DNA from: Methanothermobacter thermautotrophicus str. Delta H
GTDB lineage: Archaea > Methanobacteriota > Methanobacteria > Methanobacteriales > Methanothermobacteraceae
Length of the DNA: 32,000 nucleotides
Direction: 5' to 3'
NCBI RefSeq assembly: GCF_000008645.1
Contig: NC_000916.1
Coordinates: forward strand, 750,001-782,000
Of this stretch, positions 8,331-17,527 are shown piece by piece; within the stretch, counting starts at the first letter, position 1; every line of letters begins with the position of its first letter. The position numbers and the translations under genes are program-made. Below the pieces are notes generated by a model. The model had not been told where the DNA came from, did not search any database, and saw only the letters and a list, made by a program, of their open reading frames with translations.

Positions 8331-9305
8331 TCAGTATCCCCTGAAACCTTCAGTGACCTCCACAACCATGCCATCGATGCCCTTCCTGAAGGATGCTGTG
8401 CCATTGAATTTAACACCAGAAGGGAGTCTTCCAAGGACAGATTCAAGTATGAGGTGGCCAAGGTTCGCCTCCGTGACCCTTCTGAGCCCTATGTATGGTG
8501 TTGTGATCCGGGAGTTTATCTCAACAACGTAGGGCTCATCTGCAAGTATGAGGTCAACGCCAACATATCCCCTTAAACCTGTAATGGACTCCACGGCCCT
8601 CCTGGCGACGGTGAATGCATCCTCCCTCATCTCATGATCCACAGGTGCGCTACCACCATTGTATTCCAGTTCACTGCCAGCCATGATGATGTCCTGCCTG
8701 TTGAGGCTCAGGGGGAGTGCCTTCTCACCGTTGGATAGGAGGCTCACACTTACACTCTCGCCCTCAATAAAGTCCTGTATGATCATGTCTCCTGATAAAT
8801 CCGGCTCATCCCCTGGTTCAAGGATCCTTATGCCCTGACAGGCAACCCCGTCGGCAGGTTTCACTATGAGCCTTGAAGGAACATCAACGATCTCTTCAGG
8901 TTCATAGGTCCCGATGAGGGGGACCCTTCCATCAAGGGCCCTGTATGTCAGCCTCTTATCTGAACATGTCCTCACGGCATCCCCTGATGAGCCAAGGAGC
9001 AGCACGCCTGATTCCTCAACGATGCGGGTGAGCCTGTAAAGCTCCATGCCCTCCTCTGCTGCGATGAAAATGCATGCATCGAATCCCTCAAGGTTCTCCT
9101 GAAGCCATTCATCCAGATCACCTATGATGGATGGTCTGAACCCCGCCCCGATGTCCATATCTGCAAACCTCTCAGAGAGGAGGAACTCAACATCAAAGTC
9201 CCTGAAATCTGTAAGGAGGGCCTCCAGCATTGATCGTCCTTCAAGGAATATTTCAGGGTCGTCTATACCTGAGGCCGTGGCATATTCAAAGATAAGGAGC
9301 TTCAA
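8331..9305 (-). CDS. mfnD: ATP-grasp ligase, probably tyramine--L-glutamate ligase of methanofuran biosynthesis
   Basis: 324 aa with ATP-grasp features: [49 protein letters not shown]. The apparent TTG start overlaps the wecC stop (cTTGAag). Confidence 0.6.
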   Translation of the reverse strand: MKLLIFEYATASGIDDPEIFLEGRSMLEALLTDFRDFDVEFLLSERFADMDIGAGFRPSIIGDLDEWLQENLEGFDACIFIAAEEGMELYRLTRIVEESGVLLLGSSGDAVRTCSDKRLTYRALDGRVPLIGTYEPEEIVDVPSRLIVKPADGVACQGIRILEPGDEPDLSGDMIIQDFIEGESVSVSLLSNGEKALPLSLNRQDIIMAGSELEYNGGSAPVDHEMREDAFTVARRAVESITGLRGYVGVDLILADEPYVVEINSRITTPYIGLRRVTEANLGHLILESVLGRLPSGVKFNGTASFRKGIDGMVVEVTEGFRGY

Positions 9306-10597
9306 GGACGGCCCACGCCCCTGAATGTTATACCCCTTGTCCTGAACCTCTCAGGGTCCATGACGGGCCTTGTGCATATGAATATCCCGCCCGGGATCAT
9401 CTCGGGTGTTATTTCAAGGTACTCTGTGTGGTCTGTCATGAGGACCACGCAGTCAGAGTTGAGGGCCTCCTCAAGGGAAACCGGTTCAACACCCATCCCC
9501 CTTATAATTTCTGGGCTGACATGGGGGTCGTTCACCAGGACCCTGGCTCCCTCAGAGAGAAGGGCTGCGACCAGTGGCCTTGTTGGCGTCTCCCTTGCAT
9601 CAGCCACATCACCCTTGTAGGCAACCCCGAGAATCCCCACATTTGAACCCTTTAGGGTCTTACCCCGGGATTCAAGGGTTTCCCTCACGATTTCAAGGAC
9701 GTGCAGGGGCATGGACTCATTTACCTCCCTGGCCGTCCTTATTAGCCTTGCAGGCACGCCCTTCCTCTCCGCCATCTCCACTATGAAGTAGGGGTCTATT
9801 GAGAGGCAGTGGCCGCCAACACCCGGACCCGGTGTGTGTATGTTCACCCTCGGATGGTGGTTTGCTGCCTCGATGGCGTTTATGGCGTCTATGCCAAGGG
9901 CCTCACATATAACCGCAAGCTCATTGGCAAGGGCTATGTTGGTGTCCCTGTAGGTGTTCTCCATCAGTTTAACCATCTCGGCTGTCATGAGGTCATCCAC
10001 AACTATTACCTCACCGGATGTTATCCTCCTGTAGAGTGCAGCAGCCCTCCGGGCGCTTTCAGGGTCAGCGCCCCCTATTACCCTTGCATTGTTCTGCATT
10101 TCATGGAGTGTGTTGTTAGGCAGTGCCCTCTCCGGCGTGTAGGCGAGTCCAAAGTCCTCTGAGACCTTAAGACCTGTTTTCTCCAGTATAGGGAGTACCA
10201 CGTTCTGACAGGCACCCGGGGGTACTGTGCTCTCCACTATCACAAGGTCCCCCTTTTTAAGGCCCCTGGAGATTGTTTCGGCTGCAGATATCACTGCAGA
10301 TAGATCGGATGTGTTTTCACTGTTGACCGGTGTTGGCACAACGATTATCATGACCTCTGATTCTGCTGCAGCCCTTTCACCGTCCATGGTGGCCCCCAGA
10401 TTACCGGTCCCAACGACCTCTGCCACCAGTTCATCAAGACCCGGTTCAAGGACGGGTGACCTTCCTATGTTAACCTTCTCCACTGTTTCAGGGTTTATGT
10501 CAACCCCTGTGACCTTAAAGCCGGCCCTTGCAAATAGTGCCGCTGTTGGAAGACCTATGTGCCCAAGACCAAATACTGCTATCCTCTGATCATCCAT
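9302..10597 (-). CDS. wecC: UDP-N-acetyl-D-mannosamine (nucleotide-sugar) dehydrogenase
   Basis: 431 aa. It has the Rossmann motif [12 protein letters not shown], a catalytic-Cys region [13 protein letters not shown], and a UDPG/MGDP dehydrogenase layout. The start lies 1 nt after the wecB stop. Confidence 0.85.
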   Translation of the reverse strand: MDDQRIAVFGLGHIGLPTAALFARAGFKVTGVDINPETVEKVNIGRSPVLEPGLDELVAEVVGTGNLGATMDGERAAAESEVMIIVVPTPVNSENTSDLSAVISAAETISRGLKKGDLVIVESTVPPGACQNVVLPILEKTGLKVSEDFGLAYTPERALPNNTLHEMQNNARVIGGADPESARRAAALYRRITSGEVIVVDDLMTAEMVKLMENTYRDTNIALANELAVICEALGIDAINAIEAANHHPRVNIHTPGPGVGGHCLSIDPYFIVEMAERKGVPARLIRTAREVNESMPLHVLEIVRETLESRGKTLKGSNVGILGVAYKGDVADARETPTRPLVAALLSEGARVLVNDPHVSPEIIRGMGVEPVSLEEALNSDCVVLMTDHTEYLEITPEMIPGGIFICTRPVMDPERFRTRGITFRGVGRP

Positions 10598-10598
10598 A

Positions 10599-11924
10599 TC
10601 AATTCCTCCGGGACCCTGATTCTATGAGAACATCCATTCCCTTGAGGTTGAGGTCAGGAGCCGGGAAGAGAATTTCGCCTCCAGAGTAGACCATCCTCAC
10701 AGCTGCATCCTCCCTCTCAGCCAGGTCCAAGACGGTTATATCCTCATCAACGTGTATCAGTCTCCTTGATGGTATGGATATAACCTCCTCCGGGGCTTCC
10801 ATTGCCAGTTTACCCTCCCTGTGGAGACGGAGGGTTTCTTCAATTATCCTCTCTGAGGCATGACCATCTCCATAGGGGTTTTCTGCCTCCATCATCCTCC
10901 TCCTGAAATCGGGGTCCTCAAGGAGCCTCCTGGCTGTTCCGGTTATCATCTCCCTGTCGGCGCCCACAAGGATATTGCCCCCAGCCTCAACCGTCTCGGG
11001 GCGTTCTGTGTTGTACCTGAGGGTCAGGCAGGGTACGTTGAAGGTTATTGCCTCCTCCTGGAGTCCCCCTGAATCTGTGAGTACTATGAATGAATTTGAA
11101 AGAAGAAGAAGGAAGTCAAGGTAGCCCATTGGTTTCATGAGTGTGACGTGGGCTGCATCCTGGAGCATTCTGTAGAGTCCAAATCTTTCAAGGTTCTTCC
11201 TGGTTCTTGGATGGACCGGGAAGACTATCCTGAATTCCTCAAGTTCAAGTATGGCGTCTATTATTGATCCGAGCCTTTCAGGGTTGTCCACGTTCTCTGC
11301 CCTGTGAAGCGTCAGGGCAACAATTCTGTCATCCTCTGAGAACTCTGAGAGGATATCCGATTTCCTTGATGCTATCTCAATGTTCCTGAGGCAGGCGTCA
11401 ACCACCGTGTTTCCTGTGACAAGGATCATCTCTGGATCCACACCCTCCATGAGGAGGTTGATGGCTGATTCCTCTGTTGGGACGTAGTAGAGTTTTGAGC
11501 AGACATCTGCAACCATCCTGTTTATCTCCTCAGGCATGGTCCTGTCAAAGGACCTCAAACCGGCCTCAACATGTCCAACAGGTATGTGGAGTTTGACCGC
11601 TGCCAGTGCCCCTGCAAGGACGGCATTGGTATCCCCCTGGACCATTACAATATCAGGTTCCTCCCTTAAGAGCACTTCCTCCAGACCCCTGAGCATCTCG
11701 GCGGTCATGGCCCCATGACTCCCTGAGCCCACACCTATGTTGTGGTGGGGTGCCGGGAGTTCAAGGTCAATGAAGAACTGATCAGACATCTCATGGTCAT
11801 AGTGCTGACCGGTGTGTATCAGTGAAAATTCCATGCCACGCTTCCTTATCTCATCTATAACAGGGGCCATCTTGATTATCTCTGGTCTTGTCCCTAAAAT
11901 AATCGCAATCTTCATGTTAACCAC
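10599..11924 (-). CDS. wecB: UDP-N-acetylglucosamine 2-epimerase (non-hydrolysing) with a ~70-aa C-terminal extension resembling a TrkA-C/RCK_C domain
   Basis: The epimerase motifs are [46 protein letters not shown] and [12 protein letters not shown], ending near aa 368. The protein continues to aa 441 with ...[42 protein letters not shown]. Confidence 0.85.
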   Translation of the reverse strand: MVNMKIAIILGTRPEIIKMAPVIDEIRKRGMEFSLIHTGQHYDHEMSDQFFIDLELPAPHHNIGVGSGSHGAMTAEMLRGLEEVLLREEPDIVMVQGDTNAVLAGALAAVKLHIPVGHVEAGLRSFDRTMPEEINRMVADVCSKLYYVPTEESAINLLMEGVDPEMILVTGNTVVDACLRNIEIASRKSDILSEFSEDDRIVALTLHRAENVDNPERLGSIIDAILELEEFRIVFPVHPRTRKNLERFGLYRMLQDAAHVTLMKPMGYLDFLLLLSNSFIVLTDSGGLQEEAITFNVPCLTLRYNTERPETVEAGGNILVGADREMITGTARRLLEDPDFRRRMMEAENPYGDGHASERIIEETLRLHREGKLAMEAPEEVISIPSRRLIHVDEDITVLDLAEREDAAVRMVYSGGEILFPAPDLNLKGMDVLIESGSRRN

Positions 11925-11935
11925 TTAAAAGAGTC

Positions 11936-12883
11936 TCATTTATGATTCCTTCTTCGTTGAGCCCTGTACTCGGTTATTACCTTGAGGAGCTCCTCTTCTT
12001 CTTCCTTCTTCCTTTTTTCATTTAATCTGTGTTTCCATTTTTTTATTTCTCTATTTAAATCTTGAGTTTTAACTGACCCGAAATCACCATGCACCCCTAT
12101 ATGGAGTGATCTGACCGGTATAACGGGCACCTCTGCCCCCTCAAATACCTCAAGGGCCTGGTGTGACATCTTATCCTCAGTTATTATTGCCCTTGGCCCC
12201 AGATCAAGGAGTATTCTTGCGGTCTGTGAACCACCCCCTTCCGAGCTCCTGAGAAGCAGCACGTCTCCAGTCTTTATTTTCCATCTGGAGCAAGCCCTCC
12301 GTATTCCATCCCTTGTGAATGTTTCTATGATCTTGATGGGTGTGGTGTCACCAGAGGACTCCATGTCCCTTATCTGGAGGAGGGAGTCGAGGTCCCTTTC
12401 AAGTGCCTCCCTGCGGGATTTTTCATCTGCGTATTTCTTCTGAAGCTTCTCTATAACCTTCAATTTGTGGGAAAGTTCTCTGTTTAAAAGCAGATCCTTT
12501 GAATACTCATACTGGATCCTTTCAAGTTTTTTCTCGAGCCTTGACTTCTCATCCTCCAGTTCCCTTATCTTCCCCAGGAGGGACTTCCTCTCTCTCTTCA
12601 ACCTTTCAATGGTTGATCCCTGGTTTCTTAGCCTTGACCGCTGGGCCCTGATGATCCTCCTGAGCTTCTCAACATCATATCTGTCGCCATGAGACTCCTT
12701 TTCTGAAATTTCCATGGTTTCAGATTCTTCTTCTCCTTTCACTGACCGTATTGCCTCTGCGATGGGTTTTCCCATTATCACAAGGCCCTTGACCCTCAGG
12801 GTATCAGAGGGACTCATACCCGTTTCGCTGGTCTTTCTTTCTATCTGCTTCAGCTTCATTTCATAATGCCTGTAGGCCTTCAC
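11936..12883 (-). CDS. DUF460-type protein, C-terminal part (long coiled coil plus globular domain); continues the 12861..13283 ORF after a 1-nt frame change
   Basis: The track 'start' is a GTG inside the motif AAVKAYRHYE. A heptad-rich Glu/Lys/Arg/Leu region runs from LRRIIRAQRSRL to ALERDLDSLLQIRD. There is no SD or promoter of its own. Confidence 0.7.
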   Translation of the reverse strand: MKAYRHYEMKLKQIERKTSETGMSPSDTLRVKGLVIMGKPIAEAIRSVKGEEESETMEISEKESHGDRYDVEKLRRIIRAQRSRLRNQGSTIERLKRERKSLLGKIRELEDEKSRLEKKLERIQYEYSKDLLLNRELSHKLKVIEKLQKKYADEKSRREALERDLDSLLQIRDMESSGDTTPIKIIETFTRDGIRRACSRWKIKTGDVLLLRSSEGGGSQTARILLDLGPRAIITEDKMSHQALEVFEGAEVPVIPVRSLHIGVHGDFGSVKTQDLNREIKKWKHRLNEKRKKEEEEELLKVITEYRAQRRRNHK

Positions 12884-13283
12884 GGCAGCTGCCCAGGGCG
12901 TCCCTTTCGTGTGAGTTTTCAGGTGTGAGATCTGTTTCCCTCAGGAACTCTGATACCAGTTCATTCTTGAAGGATATGGTCATGACCCTTTCAGGTGTGT
13001 AGAGCCTTGCATTGAGCATTGAAGCTATCCTCTTCACTGCGCTGGGGGCCGGATGGACGTCCGATGCTACTATAACAGGTTTTCCGTGTTCGATTATCCT
13101 TTCAATTATATCGGACCTTGCCGCCTCCTTCATGCTTCCAAGGTGGAGGAGTCTCCCCTCAAGGTCAACCAGGGCAAGGCCGACTGTGTGACCGGGGTCA
13201 ATACCTGCTATCGTGAGGGGCTTTATCTCCACACCTTGCTTTCTCTTCTTATGCAGATTATGATCCTCCAGAACTGTATCCAT
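12861..13283 (-). CDS. DUF460-type protein, N-terminal RNase H-like (RuvC/YqgF-like) part, truncated by a frameshift
   Basis: It has LTIAGIDPGHTVGLALVDLEGRLL and VIVASDV motifs. It ends ...HERDALGSCREGLQAL*, whereas the adjacent frame reads AAVKAYRHY. Confidence 0.7.
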   Translation of the reverse strand: MDTVLEDHNLHKKRKQGVEIKPLTIAGIDPGHTVGLALVDLEGRLLHLGSMKEAARSDIIERIIEHGKPVIVASDVHPAPSAVKRIASMLNARLYTPERVMTISFKNELVSEFLRETDLTPENSHERDALGSCREGLQAL

Positions 13284-13294
13284 CAGTATAACTG

Positions 13295-13310
13295 TATATT
13301 TAATAAATTA
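13295..13310 (-). promoter_or_regulatory. TATA-like AT-rich box (TAATTTATTAAATATA on the minus strand) immediately upstream of the DUF460 gene; suggests a leaderless or very short-leader mRNA
   Basis: It lies 12-27 nt upstream of ATG 13283. No SD-like purine run lies between them. Confidence 0.35.
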
Positions 13311-13536
13311 CTTACAGTTTTTGATGAATTCAGGGTATGAACCATGCCCTGGATGACACCGGTACAACGAGCTACTCCACTGGGACCTCATGGGAACGCT
13401 GACCACTCCGGGCTGATGACAGGGATGTAAAGGAGCCACTTCCACAGGGACGAACACACCGGGGTAATGGAGCATGAACACCTGGATCCGGAGAATATGT
13501 TGCCACAGTGGCAGACCTGCGAGGGCTGCTTCTTAA

Positions 13537-14364
13537 TCAGTCAAGCTCATGTTCCTGCAGATCCCTCAGGTGATCACTCATAGCTCTCCTTACCATGCTC
13601 ATCTCCCGATATACCTTGAATTCCTCTTCAAGCAGGGATATGAACCGTTTAAACGCATATTCATCATGTCTGAGTTTTATCTTAACCCCATATTTGAGAT
13701 CCATGAGGATGAGGTTCTCGGGGGGCATGGGCTCCAGAAACACCCTCCGGTCAGTATCCAGGAGCCCGGCCATGTCATCAGGAGCAAGCTCCCCTTCAGA
13801 TACCATTAAGAGAGCCCTGACCATCTTACGGACCATCTGCCAGAGGAAACTCTCACCGTAGACATCGATAATGATGGAATCACCGACCTCGGATATCCTG
13901 ACATCATTTATCCTTCTTACAGGGTCCCTGTCGCTCCTCCTTGAGAAGTTGCTGAAGTCATGGGTACCCCTGAAGTGGGCTGCTGCTTCGGCCATTGAAT
14001 ATGTATCCATGGACTCCTCCCGGTGCAGTATGTACCTGTAGTGCCTCTCCAGAGGGTACCTTACCTTGAAGGGGTACATGACCGATGCCCACGCGAGAAC
14101 CCGTATATCCCTGGGAAGGAGGTCGTTGATCTGGTTCACATGAATATCCTCCTCTGTGAAAAAGCTCACAAAATTTCCCAGTGCATGGACGCCCCTGTCG
14201 GTTCTGCCGGCTATCTGGAATCGTGCCCTTTTTGGATCCTCAATGATACCTGCCCCCTCCAGGGCCTCCAGGAGTTTTCCCTCAACCGTTGGGACGTCTG
14301 GCTGTCTCTGGAATCCATGATAATTTGTACCTATGTATGCAACCTTCAGAGCTATCTTCCTCAT
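13537..14364 (-). CDS. truA: tRNA pseudouridine(38-40) synthase
   Basis: 275 aa. It has MRKIALKVAYIGTNYHGFQRQP and the catalytic motif GRTDRGVHA. Confidence 0.9.
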   Translation of the reverse strand: MRKIALKVAYIGTNYHGFQRQPDVPTVEGKLLEALEGAGIIEDPKRARFQIAGRTDRGVHALGNFVSFFTEEDIHVNQINDLLPRDIRVLAWASVMYPFKVRYPLERHYRYILHREESMDTYSMAEAAAHFRGTHDFSNFSRRSDRDPVRRINDVRISEVGDSIIIDVYGESFLWQMVRKMVRALLMVSEGELAPDDMAGLLDTDRRVFLEPMPPENLILMDLKYGVKIKLRHDEYAFKRFISLLEEEFKVYREMSMVRRAMSDHLRDLQEHELD

Positions 14365-14546
14365 AGGATCACCTGGTGTGGAGATAAGAGAAACCTGTAG
14401 TTAGAAGAAGTAATATAATTTCTCAGATGTTGAGTTATCCCGGTGAGCTTCAAGGTTGCCGGGTAATCCTTTATTTAGTGGGTCATCACTTATATCTTAT
14501 ACCCACCACCATATCTATGTGTGGGTGTCCTGAGGAAGGTGCATAT

Positions 14547-15458
14547 ATGCGCAGACTGTGGGGTTATATCAGTATTATAACTGCAACGATTTTCTTTGGT
14601 ATCTCTGCAACACTTGATAAGATAATGCTCTCCAGCATGCATCCTGTGACCATCGGGGCCTACACCTACATAATTGCCGGAATCTTCCTCTTCTTCATAA
14701 GGGAAACCCCCCTTCGGGAGCATGTCCTTAACGCCATAAACAGAAAAGGTGAAAGCGAAGCCAGGATAAAAAGGAATGATTACCTGATTCTTCTTCTTAC
14801 AGCACTCCTGAGTACTGTGATAGCACCTCTCCTCTTCCTCACAGGACTGGGGGATACCACAGCGGTTAACGCATCACTCATACTGAACGTTGAGGTTCTC
14901 TTCATTATTTTACTGGGCTACCTAATTTTCAGGGAGACCCTTCAGCTGAAGGATTTCCTGGGGATAGTCCTCATCATACTGGGTGCTGTGTACCTCTTAA
15001 CTGAGGGTGATTTCAGTACCATTCTACGGAACGTTGCTGTTACCGGAAATTTCCTTGTGATGGCGGCAGCGTTCTTCTGGAGCCTTGACACCGTCCTGAG
15101 CAAGTTTTTAAGCAGAAAAAGGGACCTTATATTTATATCTGGGGTTAAAAGCTCTGTTGGGGGCTTTGTGCTCCTTATAATCATGCTTATTCTTGGTATA
15201 AACACTGAACTTCCCCTTGAAATGCTCCCCTATGCACTCGGGGTTTCAGTCTTCAGCATTGGCTGCTCCTTCATACTCATCTACATCGCAATAAGGGAGA
15301 TAGGTGCTTCCATGGTCGGAGCCCTTTTTCCATTATCATCTCTTTTCGGGGCAATATTCGCATTTATAATCCTCAGAGAGCCATTCTCGATCATGCAGGG
15401 AATTTCAGGGATTGTGATGCTTACAGGGGTCTTCATACTCTACTGGAACGGTAAGTAA
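14547..15458 (+). CDS. EamA/DMT-family transporter (10-TM drug/metabolite exporter type)
   Basis: It is hydrophobic with two repeated EamA-like halves. ATG 14547 is preceded by GGAAGGTG. The track start at 14427 adds a non-membrane, Cys/His-rich leader that is unlikely to be real. Confidence 0.75.
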   Translation: MRRLWGYISIITATIFFGISATLDKIMLSSMHPVTIGAYTYIIAGIFLFFIRETPLREHVLNAINRKGESEARIKRNDYLILLLTALLSTVIAPLLFLTGLGDTTAVNASLILNVEVLFIILLGYLIFRETLQLKDFLGIVLIILGAVYLLTEGDFSTILRNVAVTGNFLVMAAAFFWSLDTVLSKFLSRKRDLIFISGVKSSVGGFVLLIIMLILGINTELPLEMLPYALGVSVFSIGCSFILIYIAIREIGASMVGALFPLSSLFGAIFAFIILREPFSIMQGISGIVMLTGVFILYWNGK

Positions 15459-15534
15459 GCTTATGTCCTGGAAAACTGAAATGTAATAAAGATCAGTGCC
15501 CCCTGAAAAAAGTGAAGAGAAATGAATCTGATCT

Positions 15535-16116
15535 CTATATCCTGGCTCTCACATCAAACTGACAGAAGGAGTAACCATTGGTCCAGCAGCGTCTCTCATA
15601 TGCATCTGCATCACAGCCAAGTATCTCAGAGAGGGCACCAGCAATTATACCTGCCTCAAAGAAGCATATTGGGTGTCCTATATTTGGAAGACCGGCACAT
15701 TCAATGCACTCATAGACCCTCACATCCATCCTGATGTATTTATCATCCTCCCATTCAGAGGCAACATCAAGAATGCCCAGTTTCTGGTCAAGCATGAACT
15801 CTGCAAGTGAGTGGATGTCATCAGCCAGACCCTCAGATATGAGGGCCTTTCCGAGATTAAGGCCTCCGATGTAGGAAACACCGGCTGCTGAACCTGAAAT
15901 TATATCTGGAATGTTGAAGTGTCCCATGCGGAAGCTTGCAACGTAAGTCCCATCATCTTCAAATCGGGAGAAGAACATTCTCTCCGGCCTAAAAATATCT
16001 TTAAGTTCTATATTATCCTTAATAGGCTCTCTGGGACCGATTCCAGTTCTTTCACTCATTATCTCATCGTCTGTGGTTCTCCGGTATTCCTCAATGATGG
16101 CCCCGATATTCTCCAT
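15535..16116 (-). CDS. V4R (4-vinyl reductase) domain protein, small-molecule-binding type
   Basis: 193 aa. The C-terminal half [34 protein letters not shown]...[11 protein letters not shown] matches the V4R Cys/Gly pattern. Confidence 0.65.
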   Translation of the reverse strand: MENIGAIIEEYRRTTDDEIMSERTGIGPREPIKDNIELKDIFRPERMFFSRFEDDGTYVASFRMGHFNIPDIISGSAAGVSYIGGLNLGKALISEGLADDIHSLAEFMLDQKLGILDVASEWEDDKYIRMDVRVYECIECAGLPNIGHPICFFEAGIIAGALSEILGCDADAYERRCWTNGYSFCQFDVRARI

Positions 16117-16154
16117 TGCACACCACCTTCACCTTCCATTTATATCCATGGATA

Positions 16155-16196
16155 CTTAAATATCTTAAAGGAGGGGAAGGAAATTTTAAATATCTT
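16155..16196. promoter_or_regulatory. Direct repeat TTAAATATCTT x2 (30-bp spacing) in the divergent V4R/hisA promoter; probable TATA elements
   Basis: The copies are at 16156-16166 and 16186-16196. The spacing to ATG 16116 (-) and ATG 16242 (+) fits one TATA box for each direction. Confidence 0.35.
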
Positions 16197-16241
16197 CATC
16201 AGGAAAACCCCAAACAGGAGATTACTGACAGCAGTGATAAA

Positions 16242-16982
16242 ATGAGCTTTTGGAAGGACAGAATGCTTATAATACCGGCCGTGGATATAAAGGATGGAAA
16301 ATGTGTTCAGCTTGTTCAGGGAAAACCCGGTACGGAGCAGGTCGTGCTTGATGATCCTGCCGGAGTTGCTGGAAGGTGGGAATCCCTGGGGGCTGAAACA
16401 ATCCATGTTGTGGACCTTGATGGGGCCCTTGGTCTTGAGAAGAATACAGGTATACTGAAGGAGATCACAGAGAGAGTTTCAGTGCCCCTCCAGATAGGTG
16501 GAGGTATAAGGAGTAGAGAATATGCAGGGAAACTCCTTGATATGGGCTTTGAGAGGGTTATACTGGGCACCATGGCCATAGAAAATCCGGCCATCGTTGA
16601 GGAACTTGCAGGTGAATACGGATCGGAACGCATAATGGTCTCACTTGATAGCAGGGACTCACGGGTTGTTATAAGGGGATGGACAGAGAAGGTCCCCTTC
16701 ACAGCAGAGGAGATGGCCAGGAAATTCCAGGAGAGGGGAGCTGGTAGCATACTCTTTACCAACGTGGACTTCGAGGGTCTTCTCTCAGGATTTGACCTGA
16801 AACCCGTGAGTGAACTTGTGGAGGCAGTTGAGATACCTGTAATCTACTCCGGGGGTGTTAGCAGCCTAAATGACCTGAGGATGCTGCAGGGGACCGGTGT
16901 AATGGGGGTCGTTATAGGATCAGCCATCTACAGGGGCCTCATAGACCTCACCGAGGCCCTCAAATATCAGGACCTTAAATGA
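16242..16982 (+). CDS. hisA: ProFAR isomerase (1-(5-phosphoribosyl)-5-[(5-phosphoribosylamino)methylideneamino]imidazole-4-carboxamide isomerase)
   Basis: It has [35 protein letters not shown] and YSGGVSS motifs. The start is either ATG 16242 or ATG 16263 (the canonical MLIIPAVD N-terminus). The track start at 16116 lies in the promoter region. Confidence 0.9.
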   Translation: MSFWKDRMLIIPAVDIKDGKCVQLVQGKPGTEQVVLDDPAGVAGRWESLGAETIHVVDLDGALGLEKNTGILKEITERVSVPLQIGGGIRSREYAGKLLDMGFERVILGTMAIENPAIVEELAGEYGSERIMVSLDSRDSRVVIRGWTEKVPFTAEEMARKFQERGAGSILFTNVDFEGLLSGFDLKPVSELVEAVEIPVIYSGGVSSLNDLRMLQGTGVMGVVIGSAIYRGLIDLTEALKYQDLK

Positions 16983-17004
16983 ACACCTTCAGCAGGATGA
17001 TAAA

Positions 17005-17460
17005 ATGAAGACAGTTATGGCAACAGGCACCTTTGACATAATACACCCCGGACATGGGTTCTTCCTTGAGGAGGCCAGGAAACTTGGTGGGGAGGACGCC
17101 AGGCTGGTGGTTGTCCTTGCAAGGGACTCCACAGTCAGGGCCCGCAAGAGAACCCCCATAGTCGGTGAGAAACAGAGGCTTGAGGTTGTCAGGATGCTGA
17201 AGCCTGTTGATGAGGCCTACCTTGGCAGTGAGACCGATATGTTTGAGATAGTGCACCGTATAAAACCTGACATCATCGCCATTGGCCCCGATCAGAAGTT
17301 TGATGTTGATGAGCTGCGTGATGAGCTCAGGAGGAGGGGCCTTGGATGTGAGGTCAGGAGGATAGAGAAGTACAGGGACGCTGAACTTGACAGCACCTGC
17401 AAGATAATTAAAAGGATCCGCAGCATGGAATTCGATGAGGACTCACTTAAAAACTGTTGA
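17005..17460 (+). CDS. ribL: Archaeal FAD synthase (FMN adenylyltransferase, cytidylyltransferase-like fold)
   Basis: 151 aa. It has [24 protein letters not shown] (the HxGH nucleotidyltransferase motif), and its size matches the MJ1179-type RibL. Confidence 0.8.
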   Translation: MKTVMATGTFDIIHPGHGFFLEEARKLGGEDARLVVVLARDSTVRARKRTPIVGEKQRLEVVRMLKPVDEAYLGSETDMFEIVHRIKPDIIAIGPDQKFDVDELRDELRRRGLGCEVRRIEKYRDAELDSTCKIIKRIRSMEFDEDSLKNC

Positions 17461-17485
17461 TGGTGAAGCAGAGATAGTGCCTCGA

Positions 17486-17522
17486 TTTTTAAGCTGCAAA
17501 ATAAAAAAAATAAGTTATTTTT
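17486..17522. terminator. Bidirectional oligo-T/oligo-A terminator region between the convergent ribL and transglutaminase-like genes
   Basis: T5 at 17486-17490 (+). A8 at 17503-17510, which is T8 on the minus strand, 18 nt past the minus-strand stop. A T-run at 17516-17522. Confidence 0.5.
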
Positions 17523-17527
17523 GAAGA

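Noticed and set aside
13322-13402. A possible C/D-box sRNA: TGATGA at 13322-13327, GGATGA at 13351-13356, CTGA at 13399-13402. There is also a second TGATGA at 13414-13419.
   Set aside because: The element would be about 81 nt, which is long for archaeal C/D sRNAs. There is no recognisable D' box at the right spacing, no terminal stem, and no CTGA downstream of the second C-like box.
13308-13475. A 55-codon minus-strand ORF (MLHYPGVFVPVEV...HPGHGSYPEFIKNCK) in the truA-DUF460 gap.
   Set aside because: It has no SD. It runs through the AT-rich promoter of the DUF460 gene. Its His/Pro/Cys-rich composition is unlike neighbouring genes, and I recognise no motif.
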